The notes under the pieces are model-generated. The model was not told where the DNA came from, made no database searches, and saw only the letters and a list, made by a program, of their open reading frames with translations. Shown piece after piece: positions 57,657 through 64,000 of a stretch of 64,000 nt of DNA. Source of the DNA: an uncultured Acidobacteriaceae bacterium (GTDB taxonomy: Bacteria > Acidobacteriota > Terriglobia > Terriglobales > Acidobacteriaceae); assembly GCA_963722405.1 (NCBI GenBank), contig CAVRMO010000004.1, forward strand, positions 12,510 through 76,509. The letters run 5' to 3'. Position numbers and translations under genes: made by a program. The stretch's first letter is position 1, and every line of letters begins with the position of its first letter.

Positions 57657-58250
57657 TTGTCGCTCTTGCGCCGTTTGATGAACCGCAACCTGACGCTCTA
57701 CTCCCAGCTTGACGCGCTGGCCGAGTGCGGCATCGAGCCTGGCAACGGCGTGGGACCCGCTGAGTTGCTAGCGCGCCATAGCGAACGCGAGTACGAAACC
57801 TCGCCCTTCAAGTTACTGCTTTCTGTGTTGGGAACTGAATCGCCGGAGCCGCCATGTCTTCCATTGTCAAACAACTTCTGGCACATGCGCGCTGAGTGCA
57901 TCTCTGGCCGGGGAGACTATGTGAAAGTGGCGCAGCGCATGGCCCTACTGGCGGGATCCGCGCTCCCACTGGAAGCGGTCAACGACGAATTCGACTGGCG
58001 ACAGGGGATCGCTTGGCTCACGTTCACCCTGCACGGGCGCGCCTTCCGCTGGCCTGCCAAAATCGAGGAGCGCTGGATCGATCCCAACATCCTCAGCCGC
58101 TTTGTCGCCTTACTGGAAGAACAGAAAACCGCGCGCCGCTTCACCGGCCTTGACCTGGGTGGCCAGGACTGTCTGATCGGCTGTGCAACCGACGAACAGT
58201 TTGCAGCCTTGCGCAAGCGTACAGGCCTGGAGTTCGAGTGGCTCGGATAA
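57657..58250 (+). CDS. Hypothetical protein
   Basis: TTG start with SD GGAGG 5 nt upstream. Coding-like composition. No family recognised. Confidence 0.6.
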   Translation: MSLLRRLMNRNLTLYSQLDALAECGIEPGNGVGPAELLARHSEREYETSPFKLLLSVLGTESPEPPCLPLSNNFWHMRAECISGRGDYVKVAQRMALLAGSALPLEAVNDEFDWRQGIAWLTFTLHGRAFRWPAKIEERWIDPNILSRFVALLEEQKTARRFTGLDLGGQDCLIGCATDEQFAALRKRTGLEFEWLG

Positions 58251-58302
58251 GCGCGCGCTCTCCGCGCTCTCGCCAAGGTTGACCCGGTTTTCGCATCATC
58301 GC

Positions 58303-58332
58303 AAAAAAAATCGGGGAGCCCGAAGGCTCCCC
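58303..58332 (-). terminator. Intrinsic terminator of the TonB-dependent receptor gene
   Basis: GGGGAGCC-ttcg-GGCTCCCC on the minus strand, followed by an 8-nt U tract (the A run at 58303-58310 on the plus strand). Confidence 0.75.
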
Positions 58333-58363
58333 AAAAATCCAGTCAGATCGATCAGTGAAGTGG

Positions 58364-61300
58364 TTAGAAGTTAAGCTTCAACCCGAACTGGATGTTGCGG
58401 CGCTCGGTCGGGTTGGTGGGGCTACCGTAAGGTATGCCCTTCTCGGTTTGAACCGAGGTGACGCCGGTGCCGTCCTCGAGATCGAGGTTGCCGTTGAGGA
58501 TGTAGTAGTTGCTGTGGTTGAACGCGTTGTAGAACTCGCCGCGGAACTGCATGTTAAAGCGCTCCGTCAGCTTGAACGTCTTGGCCACAACGAAGTTGAA
58601 GTTCCAGTATCCCGGTCCGCGATACGCATTGCGGTGGCCTTGAGGCAGCCCGCTGTTGCTGTACACGCAGTTTCCGTGGTCGAGGTACTGGCAGTTCGGG
58701 ACCGCCAGCGCATCGCCCGCGTTAACCGGAATGCCGGTGTTGGGATCGATCGGCAGCGACAGGTAGTTGAACACGTTTGGCGCCACGGCCGAGGAGTTGC
58801 TGGACGAGCCGTTCTGATTCACCGGCTCGCTCGGTATCCAGCGCGGGCACGTGTAGCCGACCGCCCCCAAGTTGGAACAATCGTAGATGGAGTACGGCAG
58901 GCCCGAACGGATGTTCAGGATGGGTGAGAAGCTCCAGCCACCGAGAACCTGACGCTCCACCGCGTTGCTCGAACTGTTGCCCCACGGAATGTTCCAGGTG
59001 CCGCTCAGGACGAAGCGGTTCCGGATGTCATAGTCCGCGTTACCCTTGTCCAGATTGGCGTTGTACGGATCCAGATAGCCCAAGCCGTAAGAGCTGGAGT
59101 ATCCGTCGGAGAAGGCCGACGACAGGTTGTCAATCGCGTGCGACCACGTGTAGTTCATGTTCAGATACAGCCCCTTGTTGAAGAGGTTGTTGGTCTGGAA
59201 CTTCACGTTAAGTCCGTTGTACTCGTTGAAGCCTTCGGAGCCGCGATAGTTGATATTGGTGTACTGGTAATTGAGGCGATTGTCGAACCGGGCATCGCCC
59301 AGGAACTCGCCACCATAGCCGCCGGCGTTCAAGTTGGCGATGTCGTACTCGTGGGTGCCCTTCGAACCGGTGTACTCAAACGAGAGTACCGAGTTCTTCA
59401 GGACCTGGTAGTCCATTGCTCCAGACCAGAACTGAATGTACGCCGTGGGGATGTTCTGCTGCACGGCGCGCAAGCTCGGGTTCGGGAAGCAGGAAGTGCC
59501 AGGTAGAACCAGCGGATTACCACCGCAAGTGCTGCCAGCTCCCGCCAACGGGCCGTTGTTGGCCACGTAGATGGGCAGCGTTCCTGACGGAACATCTGTT
59601 CCGTTGGTCACGCTGATGACCGCGTAGTTCGGCGGGTTCTGAATGACGTTGAAGGTCACGTTGCCAAAGTTGCGCTCGTAGCCGATGCCGTAACCGCCGC
59701 GGAGACTCATCAAGCCGTTTCCGAAGACGTCATAAGCAAAGCCTACGCGCGGGGCCCAGTTGTTCTTGTCCTGCCCCCACAGTCCGCCCTCCGGACTCTT
59801 GTCGGCGATTTGCACGGTTCCGTTACGCACCTGGTCGAACAGGGTGGCACCAGGTCCGAGGTAGAAGTTGGAATCGAGTGCTGGGTCGGAGTTGTGCTGT
59901 ACGCCGTAATACTCCCAGCGAACACCCAGGTTCACAGTCAGCTTGGGAGAGATCTTCCACGAATCCTGCACGTAGAAGTTGCCGTCGTTGTAGCGGTTAT
60001 TGCGGTTGAAAGACGGCTCTCCCACCGGAAGGTTCAGCAAGCAACCAGGCGTCACGACGTAGTGGTTGTTTGCATCGCGCGTGCAAGGAAACTGGCCCTG
60101 CGGATACACCGCGCCCTGGAACTGGTACAGTTGGCCAGCAGCCAGATTGGCCGCAGCCGCCGAGATGCTGCCGCCGGACGCCAGTGACTCCACTGCGTTT
60201 TCGTAGGCGCCAAACGCGCGGTTGTCGCGGGTCTGGACGTAGCCGCCACCAAACTTGAACTGGTGCCGGCCCTTGGTCCACGAAAGGTCGTCGTAGATCT
60301 GGTACACGTTCTGCGGACCGCCAAACGGAATGGCGTTACCCGGCGTGGTTTCCGAATAGCCCGGGAACACCAGGGCTCCGGTAGTACCCGGAAGGTTAGG
60401 CAGGCCGGTTGCTGAGGTATACAGCGTCGGACTCACAGGATTAGTGCCCAGCGGCTCAATATTGGTCAAGCGGTTGTAATTGATCTTGAGCGAGTTGACA
60501 ATATTGGGACTGAACACATGGGTCAGGTTGATCAGCACGCTCTGGTTAAAGAACGTTTGGCCGGTATTGTATCCAGCATACGGACTGGAGTTGATGTAAC
60601 CAGCAAAGTCATCTTCGCTGTACAGAGCGTAACGGCCGTACAGCGTGGTCTTGTCGGAGAAGTTGTAATCCACGCGGGCTACGGTCGAATAGGTGTTCTG
60701 CGGGGCACCTGCACCGGAATCGGATGGAACCGAATAGGCGATGGTCTCTCCGAACGGGGCGCTACACGGCAAGGGCGCCGGGCAATTGCCGCCGTTGGCG
60801 GTTTGCCAGTTCGTCGTGCCCAATACCTGGATGCCGGGAACGAGGTGGCTGCCGTAGGCGTTGAAGAACGCAACGGTAGCCGGGTTCACACCGGGCTGCG
60901 TGAGGAAGTTCGGGTCGATGATGCTCTGGGTGTTGGTAGCGCTGCTGCGCACCCGCGTCCACTCTGTGCTGCTGAAGAAGAACAACTTGTTCTTGATGAT
61001 CGGGCCGCCGATCGAGTAGCCGAACTGGTTGCGGGTGAAGCCCGGTTTGGCAACATCGTTGGAGTCGTTCTGATAGGTGTTGGCAGCCAGTGCCGACACG
61101 CGGTTGAATTCATACAGCGATCCGTGGAACTGGTTGGTGCCCGACTTGGTGCTGACGTTGATCACGCCACCGCCGGCGCGTCCGTATTCCGCCGTGAAAT
61201 CAGAGGTGACAACCCGGAACTCCTGCACGGAGTCCAGCGGAACGCTCTGTCCGACCGTTGCGGTGAACAGGTCGACGTTTTCGCCGCCATCCAGCAGGAT

Positions 61301-61864
61301 GTCGGTGTCCGCCGAGCGCTGGCCGTTGATGGCATAACCGGCGCCGCGCATGGACTGTGTGTCCTCAGCCACGTTGCCCGAGGTCGCAACCAAGTCATAG
61401 GGGTTGCGGGTGAGGGTCGGCAGATCAGTGATCTGCTGAGCAGTGACGACGTTCGAAAGCGTCTGTGTTTCGGTGTTGACCGCCGCAGTTTCGCCCGAGG
61501 CCGTCACTTCCACCGTGGTCGAGGTTCCCGTGACGTTCAACTGGGCCGAGATTTCGTTTCTGGATCCTATGAGGACCTGGACCTGCCGGGTGAATTTCTG
61601 AAAACCGGCATGCTCGACTGTCATAGTGTAGGTCGTAGGTGGAAGATTGGTGATGGCATACTCACCAGCCGATGCAGTAGTCGTGCTCCGCGTCAACCCG
61701 GTGGCCGCCGATACGACGGTCACGGTCGCACCCGGCACGACTGCGTTACTGGTGTCAGTAACTGTGCCCGTGATTACACCAGTCTCCGCCTGGCCAGACA
61801 GCCAAACCGTGCCGAGTAATAGGACGCCAAGCACAGCGACCAAACTTAGAGCTTTACTTCGCAT
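58364..61864 (-). CDS. TonB-dependent receptor with N-terminal carboxypeptidase-regulatory-like domain
   Basis: Signal peptide (MRSKALSLVAVLGVLLLGTVWLSGQA) and GVITGTVTDTSNAVVPGATVTVVSAATGLTRSTTTASAGEYAITNLPPTTYTMTVEHAGFQKF. A plug-like region and a long beta-barrel follow. The C-terminus is ..FGLKLNF. Confidence 0.9.
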   Translation of the reverse strand: MRSKALSLVAVLGVLLLGTVWLSGQAETGVITGTVTDTSNAVVPGATVTVVSAATGLTRSTTTASAGEYAITNLPPTTYTMTVEHAGFQKFTRQVQVLIGSRNEISAQLNVTGTSTTVEVTASGETAAVNTETQTLSNVVTAQQITDLPTLTRNPYDLVATSGNVAEDTQSMRGAGYAINGQRSADTDILLDGGENVDLFTATVGQSVPLDSVQEFRVVTSDFTAEYGRAGGGVINVSTKSGTNQFHGSLYEFNRVSALAANTYQNDSNDVAKPGFTRNQFGYSIGGPIIKNKLFFFSSTEWTRVRSSATNTQSIIDPNFLTQPGVNPATVAFFNAYGSHLVPGIQVLGTTNWQTANGGNCPAPLPCSAPFGETIAYSVPSDSGAGAPQNTYSTVARVDYNFSDKTTLYGRYALYSEDDFAGYINSSPYAGYNTGQTFFNQSVLINLTHVFSPNIVNSLKINYNRLTNIEPLGTNPVSPTLYTSATGLPNLPGTTGALVFPGYSETTPGNAIPFGGPQNVYQIYDDLSWTKGRHQFKFGGGYVQTRDNRAFGAYENAVESLASGGSISAAAANLAAGQLYQFQGAVYPQGQFPCTRDANNHYVVTPGCLLNLPVGEPSFNRNNRYNDGNFYVQDSWKISPKLTVNLGVRWEYYGVQHNSDPALDSNFYLGPGATLFDQVRNGTVQIADKSPEGGLWGQDKNNWAPRVGFAYDVFGNGLMSLRGGYGIGYERNFGNVTFNVIQNPPNYAVISVTNGTDVPSGTLPIYVANNGPLAGAGSTCGGNPLVLPGTSCFPNPSLRAVQQNIPTAYIQFWSGAMDYQVLKNSVLSFEYTGSKGTHEYDIANLNAGGYGGEFLGDARFDNRLNYQYTNINYRGSEGFNEYNGLNVKFQTNNLFNKGLYLNMNYTWSHAIDNLSSAFSDGYSSSYGLGYLDPYNANLDKGNADYDIRNRFVLSGTWNIPWGNSSSNAVERQVLGGWSFSPILNIRSGLPYSIYDCSNLGAVGYTCPRWIPSEPVNQNGSSSNSSAVAPNVFNYLSLPIDPNTGIPVNAGDALAVPNCQYLDHGNCVYSNSGLPQGHRNAYRGPGYWNFNFVVAKTFKLTERFNMQFRGEFYNAFNHSNYYILNGNLDLEDGTGVTSVQTEKGIPYGSPTNPTERRNIQFGLKLNF

Positions 61865-62243
61865 TGTCTCACTCCCGATAGTGCAGGATTCTTCGCAACA
61901 AACCGTCAGGGGGAAAATCCCTCGTTTGTTACATAGCAAGACTCTAGCCATTTGGTGGGGTTCGCGTTTTCAATGGGATACTTGAAGATCGCGGTGGGGC
62001 GCATACACTGATTTGTAGGGATGAAGCTAGTAGGATTCTAAATAGTGTATGTCGTAGTATAACTCTGCTCTATATCTGTGATCCCATAGGCAACCAAGGT
62101 CTTCTGCCTACTCTTGGCGGGTGTACTACTACTTCGGGATGAAACAACTCCACGAGAGACGAGAGAAGAGAGCTTTAGCAGGTGATAGTAATGCACCTAT
62201 GAGCACTACAGCCTGAGATCTAGCTACGTTGCTACTGAGCAAC

Positions 62244-63740
62244 CTAGACATAATCGAATAGCGCCATAAATCCGAAGTCCATATGCAATTGCTGATGGCA
62301 GTGAAACAGGGTCATCCCGTTATTGTTAGCCACGAAATCAACTTCAACCTCTTGGTATCCGCCCACCATCACCACGTCTTTCATCACTCCCGACGTCGAC
62401 TGTCCAGCGATTCGCGTCAATTCGAAGCTGTGCCGATGGAGGTGAATCGGGTGAATGTCATCGCTCGCATTGCGCATGCGAATGCGGTAGCGTTTGCCCT
62501 CGTGCAGCTGAGACATCGGCGTTGCCATCATCTGCTCCTGCGGATACGCGATGCCATTGATGGTCCATTGGTTGAATCCGTCGAGCACGGCGTTCTGCTT
62601 TTCGAACAGCATGTCGAACACTTGATCGGGTTGCCCGGCCTCCGAACCTGAATTCCCAAAGTGCGCATAATTCCACTTGAACGGGTGCGGCGCGACCCAC
62701 TGCGCCTTGCCTTTATGACCGGCGTATTCGACCACAATGCCCATGCCGTGATGCCGGTCGTCATCGGCCAGGTCACCCATAATCCAGACACCAGGATGGT
62801 CCATCTCGACGACGGCCGAAATCCGCTCCGCCGTTCCCAGCCACAGAACCGGCACGCGGACCGACTTTGGCAGCGCGTTGCCGTCCATGGCAATCACGCT
62901 GAAGCTGTGCCCGGGAAGCGCGAGGCTTCGGATCTCAGTGGCGCTGCCGTTCAGCACATGAAACAGCACGCGCTCGCCCCGCTTGACCCTTACTGGCTCG
63001 CCATGGCCAAGCATTCGGCCGTTGATGGTGAAAAGCTCGTAGCCCACTTCGAAGCCATGCGGCATGCCCTTGGCCAGCGAGGCCTTCATCCGGCTTTCAC
63101 CGCTGTTCTTAAGTTGCGCGACGGTCGTCGCTGGCGAGAGGAAGTCCATCGCCATGTCTCCGCCGCGGCTCAACTTCGGTTGAAATTCCTTCAGCGTAAG
63201 AAACACTTCACGGTCATAGTTGCCGGGATGTTGTTTGGGCTCGATGTACACCGGCCCCACTTGCCCGCTGTACTGGCCCTCCGCGAGGTTCGCTTCCGCG
63301 CGGACGTGGGTGTGATAGAAGCGCAGTCCCGATGGCCTCGGCACAAACGAAATTCGCCGGCTGCCGTGTGGCGCAATAAACGGAGTACCCTCCTCCGCCG
63401 CTCCGTCGACGTCGGTCGAAAGAAATTGTCCGTGCCAGTGCAATTGCTCCGGCGTGTCCGTCTCATTTCGAATATCGACCGTAACCCCCTCGCCTTCTTT
63501 CAGACGCAGCAGCGGGCCGGGAAACTGTCCGTTGTACGAAGTGACGGAAACAATATGATTCGGCGCCAGTTCGATGGCCTTGGTCGCGATGGTGAGGGTG
63601 TAATCGGCAGGAGCGTCGGTGGGCGCAGTGACCGCCACTGGTCCCTGAGTCAAGAGATCCGTCGATGATAAAACGGCGGCTCCCGCGGCGACCCCGGCTG
63701 CCCTCAAGAAACTTCGGCGAGATAGGTGAAATCGTGCCAT
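62244..63740 (-). CDS. Tat-exported multicopper oxidase
   Basis: Twin-arginine signal (MARFHLSRRSFLRAAGVAAGAAVL). Copper-binding motifs HWHG, HLHRH and HCHQQLHMDFGFM. Confidence 0.9.
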   Translation of the reverse strand: MARFHLSRRSFLRAAGVAAGAAVLSSTDLLTQGPVAVTAPTDAPADYTLTIATKAIELAPNHIVSVTSYNGQFPGPLLRLKEGEGVTVDIRNETDTPEQLHWHGQFLSTDVDGAAEEGTPFIAPHGSRRISFVPRPSGLRFYHTHVRAEANLAEGQYSGQVGPVYIEPKQHPGNYDREVFLTLKEFQPKLSRGGDMAMDFLSPATTVAQLKNSGESRMKASLAKGMPHGFEVGYELFTINGRMLGHGEPVRVKRGERVLFHVLNGSATEIRSLALPGHSFSVIAMDGNALPKSVRVPVLWLGTAERISAVVEMDHPGVWIMGDLADDDRHHGMGIVVEYAGHKGKAQWVAPHPFKWNYAHFGNSGSEAGQPDQVFDMLFEKQNAVLDGFNQWTINGIAYPQEQMMATPMSQLHEGKRYRIRMRNASDDIHPIHLHRHSFELTRIAGQSTSGVMKDVVMVGGYQEVEVDFVANNNGMTLFHCHQQLHMDFGFMALFDYV

Positions 63741-63873
63741 GTCCTCAGCCTTGCGACACGCGTCTGGCGCGCGAGCCCGAAATACAGCGATCTTAGATGA
63801 GCTAGTTGGCCTTTTTGGACGAAGAGATTTCTGGCAGGCTCTCACTCCGCCTTCTTAGCCTTACCATCCTCGG

Positions 63874-63999
63874 TCAGCGCAACGCGTATCGCAACGCGCC
63901 GAGCGCTCCAGCGCCCGCGACCAGCCAGGCAGAATTGAAGCGCGGAAAACGGAACACTAACACTGCGCTGCCGATCGCCAGCGCAGCGGTGAGCCAATC
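63874..63999 (-). CDS. 3' end of a membrane-protein gene that starts beyond the window
   Basis: The open frame ..DWLTAALAIGSAVLVFRFPRFNSAWLVAGAGALGALRYALR* is hydrophobic and TM-like. Only 41 codons are visible. Confidence 0.35.
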   Translation of the reverse strand, partial: DWLTAALAIGSAVLVFRFPRFNSAWLVAGAGALGALRYALR

Positions 64000-64000
64000 C

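Noticed and set aside
58355-61819. Plus-strand ORFs 58355-58927, 59138-59506, 59810-60187 and 60518-61819 (433 aa).
   Set aside because: All are antisense to the TonB-dependent receptor gene. They have V/R/G-rich shadow composition.
61865-62243. A possible riboswitch (for example cobalamin) in the 5' region of the TonB-dependent receptor.
   Set aside because: Only a local hairpin is present (61895-61932, AACAAAC...GTTTGTT). I could not find a B12 box or any other conserved riboswitch core.

Overview
GC-rich bacterial chromosomal segment. The gene content suggests Acidobacteriota, but this is inference only: TonB-dependent receptor with a carboxypeptidase-regulatory-like N-terminus, TIGR03118-like and PEP-CTERM proteins, TolB-like propellers, and membrane-anchored CadC-like regulators. 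Nothing was searched against a database; all calls come from reading the translated ORFs and the DNA. Layout: (1) 1-10 kb is a decayed, mobile-element-marked region. It holds a Vgb-like gene split by an IS1595-type element, a DoxX-like fragment, an integrase remnant, tRNA-Val(CAC), a 2.5-kb islet ending in a duplicated tRNA 3' half, and several small Cys-rich ORFs. (2) 10-28 kb is a dense two-component signalling cluster. It has four sensor kinases (three with N-terminal receivers), a 2291-aa poly-HAMP hybrid kinase and three stand-alone receivers, split by a two-ORF DDE insertion sequence. (3) 28.4-32.4 kb is an assimilatory sulfite reductase / siroheme / APS reductase operon. It is preceded by a polycysteine leader ORF and a four-segment terminator/antiterminator; this is the most interesting signal I found. 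(4) 32.7-64 kb carries mostly ordinary envelope, redox and regulatory genes: a polytopic lipase-like protein, a metallophosphoesterase, cupredoxins, a CDP-alcohol phosphatidyltransferase, an OmpR/HK pair with a porin-like protein, an amidohydrolase, rsmI, a cytochrome c, a LysR regulator, a TonB-dependent receptor and a multicopper oxidase. This part also contains a duplicated terminator-plus-ECF-like-promoter module, a decayed TIGR03118 paralog with a PEP-CTERM tail, a 14-bp tandem repeat and a pspA 5' remnant. No CRISPR array, rRNA or recognisable defence system was seen. Start codons are my best estimates. Many long ORFs in the supplied track are antisense shadows and were not called.
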